Shown: piece by piece, positions 13,081-27,300 of the stretch
Layout: the number at the start of each line of letters is the position of its first letter
Numbering within the stretch: the first letter of the stretch is position 1
Assembly: GCA_049724395.1 (NCBI GenBank)
Contig: JAUGWO010000030.1
Location: 62,001-126,000 of the forward strand
DNA: 64,000 bases
Direction: 5' to 3'
Origin: Spongospora subterranea f. sp. subterranea
Taxonomy: Eukaryota
The notes under the pieces: generated by a model
What the model saw: only the letters and a program-made list of their open reading frames with translations
The model's database searches: none
What the model was told of the DNA's origin: nothing
Translations under genes and position numbers: made by a program

Positions 13081-13796
13081 GCCAGACCGCGACCGGAGTT
13101 ACCAGCGGGCCGGCATAGCCGAGCAGACAAGATTCTGTACATGAAGTACAGATCGGCGCACGACACGGTCGTTTAGGCAATTTGAGAAGCGTGCAAGGCA
13201 GCATTTGGAGAATACTCTCGGTATCATTATTTCATCAGGTCCATTATCTTTGAAAAGTCATAAAAATCTTTCAACTGATTGACTTCGCCGTGCAAAGTCA
13301 AAAAAATCCAATGGAAACTGTGTCATTCATATCTACATAATTACGCAGTTGGACGCAACTCATGGATTTCGATTGATACGAAGCCCCACAAATTGCAGGC
13401 GAGAAAATCGGGCATACTTGATCGTCTGTCTGTATTAAAGACTAGCAATCCAATAGCCGACAAAGCTATGCATTTCCTGAATTTTGACTTCGATGCATTT
13501 TTTCATCCTCCATTGCCAATATAATGTCATCCATCAAACGACGTAGGTTTATAACGGCGAGCAGTAGCAGTGCCTTCTTAAAATTACTCTGGAATGTCAA
13601 ACCCAGGTAGAGCCTACATCTCTTTTCAACATGTCTCAAGCGGACACTCGCTGAAAATGTAAAGGACGATGCGCATCTGATTCCTCTTTTGTCGCCAACC
13701 CGTGCACTGTACTCATACCGTACCCTGAGTAGACGTCCTTTGGCGACTCAAGTCTCAACCTAAATCCGGGACGTTCCAGGTTCTGACAATATAGAA

Positions 13797-15017
13797 ATGT
13801 CGCACGACAAACAAGTTGACCCCTGTTCAGCTCCATTATTGCCGGCAGGTCCCACGAAAGTTGCTATTGTGACAGGGTCGTCGTCGGGTATTGGGTTAGC
13901 AACGGCCCTGGCTCTTCATGATCAGGGCTGGACGGTTGTCATGGCTTGTCGACAACGCGAAAAAACGGCCCAAATAATCGAGGAAGTTTACCGGAATGCG
14001 CCACAAGTCAGCGAGGATCGCTTAGAGTTCATGCATCTTGACCTTTCACGGTTTTCGTCGGTTCAACGGTTCGCCAAGCAGTTTTGTGAAAAATACAGCA
14101 AATTAAACGTTGGTGGAGAGTCACCTAATACTGTTGCGGTTTTGAAATGACAATCGCATTCCTTTGTTAGGTATTAGTGAATAACGCTGGCCTTTTCATG
14201 ACAAACTCTGGAACAACAGAGGATGGGTTTGGGGAGACTTTACAGGTACTGTGATATTGGGGGGCCATGAGACATTTCGTGTTGATGGTTTGATAGGTCA
14301 ATTTTCTGGCGCACGTTCTGCTGACAGAACTGCTTTGGCCAATACTGAAGTCAACCGGGGGCGCTCGTGTAGTCCATGTGTCATCACTTGCGCATCAGTT
14401 TGGAAATCCAGATCTTTACGCAAATCAGGGAAGTTATCACAATTCGTAAGTTGAATTCAGACGATACCGGGTCACAACTAAATGCCCAAAAATTTTGTTC
14501 AGGAAACTCGCCCAGATCTTGTACACTTATTACTGTCAAAGAAATCGTTGCTGTAAACATGGTGTGGCATCGATTGCTGTTCATCCTGGAGTAGCAGCGA
14601 CAGATATTTTTCGACATCTTCCTCAGCCTTTTCGGGGCATCGTTAATTTTATCAACCGTGTGATGTTTCTATCGCCAGAGCAGGGGGCTAGTACCAGTAT
14701 ATTTGCTGCAGTGGATCCCTCAATAACAGACACAGCTTTCGCTGGTCAGACCCTGTATCTGTCTCCGACGAAAAAGTAACTGCACAGACCAATTTTTTCG
14801 TTCGATAACTTTCATTTGGAGTAATTTGGTATACAGATATTGGCTGGATTTTTTTACTGATGGCCAGGCCTTTGGCGATTTTGTCGGCGCAGTTCCTTTT
14901 TTCTCTTCGTCATTATCAAATGATGTCGACGTTGCCGCGAAAGTGATTCAAGACACCCTAAATCGTTTATCTCCTTACTTGACCCAAGAACCCGCCTTTT
15001 CTAACAGCGAAGACTGA
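13797..15017 (+). CDS. Short-chain dehydrogenase/reductase (RDH/WWOX-like), copy 3, apparently intact
   Basis: VTGSSSGIG, VNNAG, VNFLAH, spliced YHNSKLAQ, VHPG and SPEQGASTSIFAA. Intron positions match copy 1. Confidence 0.92.
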
Positions 15018-15306
15018 AACCAAACCATAATAGACGTATTGTTTGTGTCAGGCAAACCTGTCTCGTTGCTTTTGCGAAATCATGATATTTATTCAAATCG
15101 GGTTTGAGGTTTGAGGTCAGAGGGGCAGACATTGGGTGTGGTCGTCTGGGAGGAAATTGCCCAGCACATATACACTTGATATGTAAGGGGAAGGGTCGGC
15201 AACAGGACGGCACCCCTAATTTCGTTACACAATTGGTTTCGATATTACCGCGCTATTTCGGCCAATGGGTAAATGAGGCGTTAGGCTGCTGATCGCGTTC
15301 GAACAG

Positions 15307-18300
15307 ATGCCGAACCCGGCATCGGGGATCGCTTCCTTGGTGTTGCTCGTCTGTTTTGGAGGTGCACTTACGGATAAGTTGGCACCCGCAACACCCATCA
15401 ACGGGACCGTTCTGCAATGTACCGTCCCTTCTCAGATATCGCATTCAGCCTACCTTGGTAGATTGGTTACTTTCAAGGGCTTGAACTTGAAATTGACTAG
15501 CCTATAGAGGTATCTGTGAACCAGAATGCTGCCCCATCGAGTTCAGGGTCGACTTTCGACTTCTATTCGCAACCAAGGGTATCTCGGCTTTCGGTTGATT
15601 CTGGTCCCGTCTCTGGAGGAACTGTGGTCACAGTTTATGGAATCAACTTTGCCAAAGTAACGACGTGCAAATTCGGACCATATTTCACCAGCGGTTTGGA
15701 AGAATATACTGCGTTTGAGCGAATGTTGATTTCGTTTTAGGGCAAACCATTTCCAATAACAAAATCCGCTGCATCTCTCCTGCGCATGCTGTTGGTTCTG
15801 TTTACGTCGAAATTTCAAATAATGGATTAGACTATACGTCGGATGAAACTGTATTTTCGTACCGGGCCATCGCCACAGTCACATCTGTTTCGCCTCAGGC
15901 TCTACCATTCAATACCGGAACAATACTTACAGTTCTAGGAGCGAATTTTGTTCAGAGCAGAATCCTTTGCCGATTGGACACAGTGGTTGTCACCGGAACT
16001 TTCGTAAATAGCACCATGGTATTATGTGAAATAAATTGGATCCGTCGAGGCCGTCCAGCAACTGTTCGTCTCTCGTTTAATGGGATCGATTTTTCTCAGG
16101 GGAAATCCAGTCATTGTTTCAAGGGCAACACCCGTTCAGATCACATTAGTTCGACCAGCAATCCTCTCTTCTACAGGATCTCTTATTGCTGTTTCTGGAT
16201 ATGGATTTGTTGCTGATGAAAACAGTCACTGCGTGTTTGCAGAGAATATTGAGGTTCAAGCCCAAGTGGTCAATTCCAGTTATCTACAATGTGTCAGCCC
16301 ACCGCTCTTTAGCTCACATGGACCTCACGTTCCTCTTCAAATTCTAAGCAAATCTGATCTGTCCATGTCGGAAAAGTTTCCAATGATATTAGTTGATACC
16401 GTTTACATAATCGGTATCTCACCTCGACAAGGCCCCTCTTCGGGATCCACCTCAATCACTATATCGGGCGCGAATTTTTTCAAAAGCTCTCTGTTGACTG
16501 TTAGGTTTGGCTCTGCTTGGGTATCAGCAAGAGCTTTGAGCAGCACGACATTGGTCTGTATATCGCCGGCTCATGCCTCCGGAACTGTCACTGTGGACGT
16601 TTCCAACAACGCACAGGACTTTTCTACTAGTGACCAAACTTTTCAGTATTATACTGCACCGTCCATTTCCGCCCTTCTCCCTGCTTTCGGGTCATCTTAT
16701 GGGGGAACAGTTGTTTCAGTCTTTGGAGATGGCTTTGTGGATTCGTCAAGGTTAACGTGCAGATTTGGTGTTCGAACGTCAGTTGCTGTATTTGTCAACG
16801 CAACATTACTGCTGTGTTCCAGTCCATCTCAAGGGGATCCTACCATAGACGCTTCTGTCAATGTCTCTGTTTCCAACAATGATATCGACTATTCTGGTGC
16901 TTTTCCGTTTAAGTTTAGGTGCAAGTATGTTTTTGGGTTTGCTGTTGGTTGTTTTAATTCAATAAGACCAAAAGTAGGAACGTTGTAGTCAATGGCGTGT
17001 CACCAAGTTCAGGGCCTTGGGGCGAACCAATTTCTATTCAACTGTTTGCCCAACAGTACTACTTGAATGGAGGTGGATATCGGTGCATGTTTGATCAAGA
17101 GCTTGTTCTTGCAACGCTGGTCAACAGTACAACGTGAGACTTTCATATTACTGAGTTGGTTTTCTGGTTCCTGATTTGATTGGCTACAGGCTAATTTGTC
17201 AACTTCCTAAATCAACCAACATCGGACTGCCGTCTCGGGTTATTGCCAGCGATAATTTATGGGACTTTTCTATTTCATCGGTAGAGTTTTTGTTTTTCAG
17301 CAATCCTGTGCTGTATCAGGTGAGAGGATTGCTTTCAAGCGATTAATTTTTTATATTGACCATTCGCAGTTGTCCCCAGTCTTCGTGTCGGGTAGCGGAA
17401 CCCCAAACTTCATTATTCATGGTTCAGGCTTTTCCAGGGTCTCAAACTTGCTCTGTAAGTTCAACGGAACTGCGATCTCTAATGCTACTTGGTTGTCGTC
17501 ATCACTGATTACTTGTCCGGTGCCTGCGATGTCATTAACTTCCAAACCTGTTTCTGTCGATGTCTCAGTCAACGGAGGTGGCCACTTTACCTCCAGCGGA
17601 TTGACCATTTTTGTCGAAAACGTTCCCCAGCTAACGTTTGTGAAAATGTACTGAAATAATCTCTCTGTTTAACGTTGTTTGTAGTTATTTGTCCCCGTTG
17701 AACGGAACGACTGGAACGCACATAACAGTTAACGGTTTGGGGTTTCGTTCGTCTCCAGAGGCTGTGTGCAGGTTTGATTTCACTTCAGGAAACCTCAGAT
17801 TCGTTAATTCTAATCAAGTATGAATTGTTCTTTCTTACTGTGGGTACTCTCATACTTGGATCAGGTGATATGCAAATTTCCTGAAATGACTAGTACTTCG
17901 ATTGCTGTTTCAGTTTCAAACAACGGTGTAGATGTTTCAAACTCCCTACTCTTCACTGTTCGAGCACCTTCGTCTATCGCTACTGTTTATCCAAATCAGA
18001 TATCTGTCTCTGGTAACAGGACTATCGAAATATCGGGGTTCGGTTTTGTTCCCAGCATCACGCAATGCGTTTTCAACTCAACACTATGGGTATCTGCAAT
18101 ATATGCAAATTCCACCTTCTTATTATGCTCTGTTCCATTAACCTTCTCACCTGGGCGATTTCGGATTGGTACCGGTGAGAATCTTCAGCAATTATCTTCG
18201 AAAACGGTGTTGGTCGAAATCATTGACGATATTATCTTGGATGCAAGAAGTCTTTCGGTCAGCTCTGGGCCAACGTCTGGAAATACTGTTGTTACCGTGC

Positions 18301-21300
18301 TGGGGGCAAATTTCAAAAGGCATGTTACCTGTGTATTTGGCATTGTTCCCGTCATCGGCAGCTTCCTCAATTCTGAAACTGCTGTTTGCGTCTCCCCGGC
18401 ACATCTTGTCGGTACTGTAATGTTTGGGATAAGTAATAATGTTCGCGACTTTACTATTGCTCCTAACCGATTTACCTTCTTTACGCCTGCGACCGTTTTA
18501 TCCATATTGCCATCCTTCGGTCAGCCTGGTGGAAATACTGTTGTGTCCGTTACTGGAACAAATTTCATCTTGTCTGGGCTTCTTATTTGCAAATTCGGTT
18601 CTTATCGAATAGCGGCAACTTTTATTGACAGCACGATGCTCACTTGCCCATCTCCCCCTGGGTTCGACAATTCAACCATCTCTTTTGCTGTGTCAAATAA
18701 CGGGCAAGATTACACAAATGCATTGCCATTCACATTCTCAGATAATCCTTCATTAACATCGTGCATCCCAAATTCAGCAGCCATAGGAGGTAAATCTCAG
18801 ATTTTCACCAAAACTAATTGTTGTTAATTTATTGTTTCAGGTCAAGGTGTTAATGTAAATGTGTCTGGCAATGGTTTCATAAACAGCACTTTGTTGAAGT
18901 GTGCATTTGGTCCTTTTTCCTCATCTGCAAAGTTTCACACTTCCGGTCTCCTTCAGTGCCAGGTTCCTGTTGAAGCTACAGGTAAAATTTTTAATGTTTG
19001 ACTTCTTGCAGTTTTAGATGGGACAATTTGTTAGGCTCCGCTAAGCTCTACCTTCTTCGGGTTACCAATAACAATGCTGATTTTTCTGCGACCGGTCTCG
19101 ACTTTCAAATCTCGAGTGCCCCTATTATAACGAGGATCTGGCGACCGTTATCCGTTCCTGTAGGTGCTCTTTCAGAAGTAACTATTATAGGTGAGCCGCT
19201 CTATATTCAGCCTGTGCCCTCAATATTATCACTCAAATGTCGGTCAGGGGATTTCTTCTTCAATTCTGATCTACTTACTTGCCATTTCGACAAATATCTT
19301 CAATCGATTCATGCGAGGTTCATTGACTCCAAAACATTGATTTGCGCAGTACCATCGTTGCCCTCAACTTTCACAAATATATCAATTCGCATTTCCAATA
19401 ATGGCGTTGAAATGACGTCTTCAGTTATTGTTGGCGTTCACCCTATGCCCGTTGTTTTGTCTGTCAATCCCGCTGTAGTTTCGGTGTCTCAAAGTGTCAC
19501 AGTCATCGGCACACATTTTTCCTATTCTAATCTGACTGCTTGCGTCTACAACTCAAAAGATATTGTTCCTGCAGAGTACTTGAATTCTACTGCGATTGTT
19601 TGCTCTTCCCCATCTGTGTTCACCAGCGACACAATTTCTGTTTCAATTAGAAACGCATACGGAGAATGGTCTCCCACCTCTTCGTCGTTCAGTTTGGTCC
19701 GCCGTCCGTCTATAAGTGCAATCTCACCCCAAAATGGAATCCCCACTGGAGGAACAATCGTAACCGTTACCGGAACTGGTTTCGTAAACAATAGGTAGTT
19801 TCAAACGGAAGTTCCTGCTAAAGTGGTTGTTCAATGAAGTTGTAGGCTTGTCTGTCGTTTCAATGATAGCTCCTCTGCTGTCTCCATCGTTTCCGGGGTC
19901 TTCTTTACCTCCACTATGATCACATGTGTTGCTCCTGCTGGCGCCTTAGGAGTCGCCCGTATCGATGTCTCATTCTACGACTTAGATTTTACACCAGCGT
20001 TGCTGTCGACTTATACGTATTCTGCTGCAGCTGAATTTCAGAGCTGTTATCCCTCGCGGTTGACGACTGCAGGAGGAACTTGGATAAAGGTTTTGGGATA
20101 TCAGTTTATCAATTCGCCACACTTATGCGCTCGTATTGGCAACGAAATTTACCGGGCAATTTTCATTTCTGAAAAACTCTTGACTTTTAAGTCGAAAGCG
20201 CATGTCGCAGGTAGCTCCGTGCTGGACGTCAGCAACAACTGTCAGGAATTCAGCAGAGAAAACTTCACCCTCCATTATGATTCGCCTTTCATTGTGAACT
20301 CATTCATTCCCAGAAATGTCTCAACCGTCGGTGGAACGATGGGTAACCTCCTTGTTGTCTGTATTTTTCTCGCTAACTTTTTTTCCAGTTTCGATTGTTG
20401 GATCTGGTTTTTATAGCACAATTTCTGCAGCATGCTATTTTGGCAACATATTTGTGGAAGCTCAAGTTCTCAATTCAACCATTGCCATATGCCGGGCTCC
20501 ACCTCATGGTAGTGCTGAGCTTGATCTTTCGTTCAGTGTAAGCGACGTTGAGCCATCTGTCCGTTTACCATACAAAATCCGATATGTTGCAAATGCTGTG
20601 TTCACATCCATCATTCCGACTTTTGGCCCATCATCTGGTTCACCATCCGTTTTTATCCTGGGAAGTGGTCTCGAATTCACAAGTCATATCCGCATTCGGG
20701 TAGGCGCACGTCCCGATGACGTGATCGTTTCAGTAAAAATGTTGAACTCGACAGCCTTGTCGTTTTCGCTTCCCGCGATCCTTGTTGGGAAAGGTCTTAC
20801 TGAAGATTCTATCAAAATCATTCTAGTACTAATCAGTTTGTGTTTAGGAACTCGCAAATTTCATATTTATATCAGTGATTTTGCCGACCCGTCTCTGTTC
20901 AGACCTTCAGGGTTAACATTCAAGGTGTTTGCTAAGCAACGCCTGTCATATATTGTACCGCCCTTTGGTGTAACTTCAGGAAACACATCGGTCAGTTTAT
21001 TCGGATATGGCTTTGTACATTCTCGGTTCATGTCAGTTCGTTTCGGCAATACAACTGTGAAGCCAGTGTTTGTATCTAGGTAATTTTGTACGAATTTTAA
21101 TGTAAATAATTCAAACATTCCCCAGCATCCAAATGGATATGCTCACGCCACCATCATTAATCTCTGGGCCTGTTCCCGTTCAATTTTCTCAAAATGAAAT
21201 CGATTTTGCTGAAGATATTGTCTATTTCACGTACCTCCACCCTCCCACTATCTATTCCTTGGTCGACAAAATCCTGATAGAAAAAGTTCCGGGTAGGGAG

Positions 21301-24300
21301 CGAACATGGAATGTTTTGTTGCTATTTTTGGTAAACTAATTGTGATTCAGCCGAAATTACAGTTTTAGGAAGCAATTTTTCTCGTTCGGGATCCTTAGCT
21401 TGTCTGTTTGGGTCGGTAGCGCTCCCGGGTGCCTTTTACAATGCGTCGCAAGTGATCTGTCCTACTCCTCGCCTGTCAACGCAATCTTCAACTTTGTCTC
21501 TGGTCTATGGAACTGACAAATTTTTACTGCCGTACAGTATCCAAATTTTTCCATCAAATTTTATCACATCTGTAGTACTTATTTCAGTGTCTGACTCTAA
21601 CGAATACTCTTTCGGAATAGCTGGAACATTTGGGAATTTCTCACAAAGTCCTTATTGCAGCATTGATGATAACATCATCATATCCAAAATTTATTCCAGT
21701 AATTATATTGTCTGCAATATATCAAATCCTAGAATTGGGCAACTTCGTTTCAGTATTGGGTCAGCAACCCTCGAGCCAAGGCTTCAAGGAGACAGCACGT
21801 TACGGTTCGAAGTTTTCATGCGACCAAACGTCACCAAAGTAAATGGTTTATATGTTTGAGAATATTTTTGCAAATCCATTTTTTTAGATAATACCAACGG
21901 TTGGTCCTGTCATGGGCAATACATCAGTTTCCGTGTTTGGTGAGAATTTCGCCAACTCAATCTATATCAAGTGCTTGTTTGGCAATATATCCGTCAATGC
22001 ACGTTTCGTTAACTCCTCAGTTGTTATTTGTCGCTCTCCTCACCGCGCCAATCCGTTGAACGCCACGGTTCGCGTATCCAACGATGGTTACGCCTTCAGC
22101 ATAGGTATCGTAGTAACGAATATTTACACATAATTGGTAACGTCTTGTCATCACAGACAAATGGTCCTCAGTGTTCTCTCAAGTTTCGAATCTGCCAAGT
22201 TTACTTTCAGTCGCGCCGTCCATTGCACCTGAACGTGGAGGGACACATATCCTCATTTCTGGAAGCGGTTTTATGCAATCTGATACACTGACCTGTTTCT
22301 TTGGTAGCACTGCCATTACGTCTTCTTTCATCAATTCCACAACTTCAATGTGCCTATCACCTGCAATTTCAACTACCTCCATGGATACCCTGCAAATCCA
22401 CTTAAACCGCGATTCTAATGTGTCGATTTCGGTTCCATTCTCGGTTGTTCTAGACGCTCAAATATTCGAAGTATATCCGAGTTTTGGATCTGTCTTAGGA
22501 GGTACTGTCATCACTTTACGCGGCCAAGGATTCTACTCTCCATACCCAGCTTCGTGTTCGATCGGTGTTTCAGTTGTCTCTGCGACCATCATTTCTTCGT
22601 CAAAAGCAATTTGTGTTACCGCTCCAAATGAACCAGGTTCTGTTCAAATTCAGATATCAAATATTCCATCAGGATATTCTTCGTCTTCTGTTCAGTTTTT
22701 TCATTCGTAGCAATTCCTGTTGTATCCCATACAATTCCAGCATTTGTTGAGAGTGATATCAAATCGGGTGCGATGATAACCCTGATTGGCAGCGGATTCG
22801 GCAATCATTCATCTGTTTTCGGGAATTTGGGATGTGCATTTATCGGGACAACCTTCAATTTCACAGCTAATGCTTTATATGTATCTACGAATGAAATAAG
22901 ATGTCCAATCCCCCAAGCTAAGTCTGATTGGTCAGCTATTGCGGTATGTTTCCCCCTTGAGGAATCACCAGCGATTTAGTTCTGACATTTAGGGTGTGTT
23001 TATTCCTGAAAACGGAACTCCTATACCTGGGCCGTCAATCCCTTTCCATTTCTTACCGACTATGTCCATACTTCAGGTTTATCCAAGTTCCGTTGTCGAG
23101 GGCAGTAAAAGCTTTCCTATATCCATATCTGGTGAGCATTTAACTTGCGGTGATGATTTCACACTTTTAAGTCGGTGTGTTAGGTGATGGCTTCCAACCG
23201 ATTGGCAACGTATTCTGCACTTTCAGTAATTCTTATTCTTTAGCGGTGTTTGCAAACAATACCTTAGTTGTCTGCTTATTGCCACCGTTTTCAACTGCTT
23301 TCCCAGAAATCGCAATTCAGTTTGCTGACGACATACGTTCTTCTTCAACCATTTACTTACCAGTTGTTAAAATGCCCAAAATCGATTCAATATCTCAGTC
23401 TAGCTTGCCTAACGCAACCTCGCAATCCATCACTGTTACAGGGTGAGAAGCAAATTGTGTCTGCTGGAGTGCCTAATTTCATTGATGCAACCAGGTCATT
23501 TTCGAACATTGATTTAATGATGTGCAAGCTGGGGTCAGTGAACCTGAGAATGCAGCGCATATCTGCGACTTCGGTTCTATGCTCGACCGCCAATGAACTT
23601 TTATTTCCTGGTTACGGTGTTGCGTTCAACGACAATTTTCTACTGAATTTTTCAAACAGGTGTTTACCCTCTGACTATTGACCACACGATATTTGGCAAT
23701 AGTAGTGTATACTCTTTTCCGTTTTCTGTTTTCTTTGATGGAGTCGCAGTAAGCACTCATATCCCGAGCCCTAACGGCGTAGTTGAGGTTGCTGGTGTCT
23801 TGTTGAAGAACCACCCAGCGTTAACATGTAAATTTGGTTAGTTTGCGGTGGTTCTCAATCATTGCATCGTTGTAATTATGATGTGCAGAATACAGATATT
23901 TTTCTTTCGAAGTTTCAGCCATTTGGGTCAATTCCTCACTTGTCAAGTGCGGAATACCTTTGGATGCAATTGGGCTGTTTAACGTATCGATTCAATCTAC
24001 GTCATCGCAATACCTGCATGCTCCGATTGCTTCGTCATTAGTTGGACCCCAATTCGCTTCAATTGTGTCCATCTCGCCTTCCTCGGTTTACGCTGATGGA
24101 TTCCCTAAACAGTTTACCGTTTTTGGAACTGGTTTTATCTCAACAATGGACTTGAAAATCAAGGTTGGAGCGATAACTCTAGACGCTGGTTTCCTCAACT
24201 CTACTGCAATTTCCTTTACATTGCCTACGGCTGTTGAACCTGTCGGAAACTTTGCAGTCAAAGTACTCTCGGATAACGGTTTTCTTGGAGATGTTAATCT

Positions 24301-27300
24301 TTCAATGCTTGAGATTCCAAATTTACTACAGGTAACAAATGTCAAATCTTGACTCTCGATTCATGTCTTGATGTGCGAATATAGGTCGTACCATCGTCTG
24401 GTTCCTTGTTCTTTCAAAACTCAGTCACGCTAATCGGGACTGGATTCACTACAACAACAATTGTCAAAATTGGCACTATTACCCTAAATCATAATTTGAT
24501 TTCACAGACAGAAATGGTTGCTACAATTCCAAATGGAACGTTCTCCCAAGCTGGGTCCCATATTGTCTCTGTTTCTCAACCCGAAGTTACCCAGGTGACG
24601 TCGACAAATGTGACGTTTCAATTCCTTAACATCGGTACACACCAGTATTTCTCTAAGTTGTTTGATAACCACACTCAGTTCTGGGTACAGCCATAAACAG
24701 CATCCATCCGGTTGCAATATCACAAACATCAAACTCTCCTGTCATCACCATAGGTGGCAATTCGTTCCCCAGTTCAGCAAGCTATCACTGCATTTTGGAT
24801 GGATCACACGCATTTCAAGCCATACTTTTATCGAGCAGTAACATATCTTGCAAAATTGATGCATCTCTACTGACCGGAAATCGCAACATATCTGTTGAAG
24901 GTATTGGGCATATATTTTTGTCATGTCGTTTATTGACTTCTTTCAGGTTGGAACAGGTCTTGCAATCGCACCAGTTGCTGTTAGCACTAGTAGTCTTTTC
25001 TTAGAAGTAATTGACAGGATATACATTCTGGACTTATCCTTATCTACAGTTGCTATCTCCACATCGACCCTGTTGGAAGCACGAGGTCGTTTCAACAGTC
25101 TAACTAGGCCACTAGGATTGGTATCATGTCATTTCGGTTCGACTGTTACTTTTCAAGCTATTTCTTTCAACGCATCAGTCGTTATCTGTCCTATTGCGAT
25201 GTTTTCGAATAGTTTTTTTCCTGCAACATTCTCGATTTCCACCAGTGTTTGTGGCGTGAAACTTGTGAGCAACCAAGTAACGAGCCCAAAGTAAGGACAT
25301 ATTAACCATTTGAGAAGTTTTTTTGATGTGTCTGCTGTCAAGGATCATCCCTGAGCTGGCGGGTGCGTCGTCGTCGATCGTCACGGGTGCCAATGATATA
25401 GCAATTAGCTTGTACAATCCCATTTCTGACAATAACATCAAGTTGTGTAGATATACGCAAACTGATAACAGAACAAACAGAATCACATCTACCCTGTCGT
25501 GCACATCTTCTCAAAACTGCACCTGTCCAGTGAGCTTTCGGACATGTTTCTTCCATAGCTTCCTCTCAAACCAACATCGCAGGCCCCAGTGTATCGTTCA
25601 GGTTCAAGGTTCATTCTTGAGATCAGCAGCAATAACGGATTGCAATCCTTCTCTCCGTCGTCCACAATCGTTAAAATCTTTGACGCCCCTGTAGTAGCAT
25701 CAGTTGAATTCGTTTACACCAATGTATGTTTCTGTAACATTTCCATATTCTGATACTCAATTCCGTTCAGCCGCTTACATTGATTCTACATGGCTCTGGT
25801 TTCGCAAACGCCAGCCCGATCCGTTGCTTGTTCGACGATGGGGCTATTGTTGCTCCAGCTATATTCGTTTCTGCTTCGACTATTTTCTGCAAAGTTGATG
25901 TAGCTCCTGGGATTTACGCTCCATACTCGAAACTTTCGGTCGGGGGCGGGTATGGACATATAAAAAATGCACTTTAACATCGACTAATCATGTCTTAGTG
26001 CACCGTTCTTCTTTTTGCTTCCTAATAGGACATCTGCTTCTCTCTCCAATACGTAAAACAACGATCGTCGCCAATATCTTAATATTTCCTGATACGTTTT
26101 CTAGCGGACAATTCCGGTCTTTGCAAAATTCCTCTGTTATCACTTTTTCAGGAAGCTATCTGATGACTTCACCCACTTATTGTCTGGTTCCTAGGTATAG
26201 TTCAATGCTTTGAGTTAATGAGAAACTAAGCTTTGGTTTAGCGTCCTTCCCATTCCTGCCATGGCAGTTAATATGTCATTAGGAATCTGCGCTCTACCTA
26301 GTATGATGTCTGGTTCAGTTTCAGTAGTGGTTGCAGTTCAAGGATCGTCAAACTCTTTGAGCGAAAACGCAGTAGTGTCTCTCGTTGACCCACCCCAAGT
26401 GTTTTCAATATCACCTGAGTCAGGTCCTGAATTTACGCAAACTGTGATTTCAGTTCAAGGCACAGGTTTTACTCCAACATCTAAGTGCCTCATTAATTCA
26501 ACTTTATTAGCCGCAACGTCTGTTTCCTCGTCAACTGTCGCTGTTTGCACTTTGAGCTCTGTTTACGGCAGAGGCAAGGTTACGATTGGTATCATTGATC
26601 AACGGACTTCACCATCATATGCAGTTTTTTCCTTTATTTCATTGCCGAACCTTTCTCCATCAAATTCGCCATTACAAATTGGTCGTTACGCTACTATTAC
26701 AAGCTTGGATTTTCCTGGTAATCAGCCTGCGATATGTATGCTTGGTAGCACCATTACAGGTCGCGCTGCCATAGCTTCTCAAAATACTTTTCTTTGTCCA
26801 TTACCGACCGCGGCCGAATCCTTGTCAGACAAAGACCTTCTTTCGTTGTCGTTTGACGACGGTCTGCATTTTGTCCCTTTTAGGCAATGGAACGCAACAT
26901 ATATTCATTCACAATCGCTGCCAAGTGTGGCATCGGTCGCGCCAGTTATGTCAAGTGTTGATCAGCCTTTCCAGCTGGTTGTAATGCTAAGCGCAGCATT
27001 TCGTTTCCCTGTTACAAACATTGCTTGTAAATTCGGTGACAACACCAAAACCCCAGCGTCATTTTTCAACCACACCACCATTGTTTGCGGAACAGTACTT
27101 CCTGAAGCAGCAAGCATCAGTGACGTTGTTGATTGATGACATTGTAACACTTGATAGCTCTTTTTTCGTCCAAGTGTCACGCCCCTCAATTATCGACACC
27201 ATACATCCAACTGTTGGTCTTGCCTCCGCGTCAACATCTATATCTATATTCGGAACCAGATTTGCTTCCAATTCGATGTGCCGTTTCGGAGGAAACAGTT

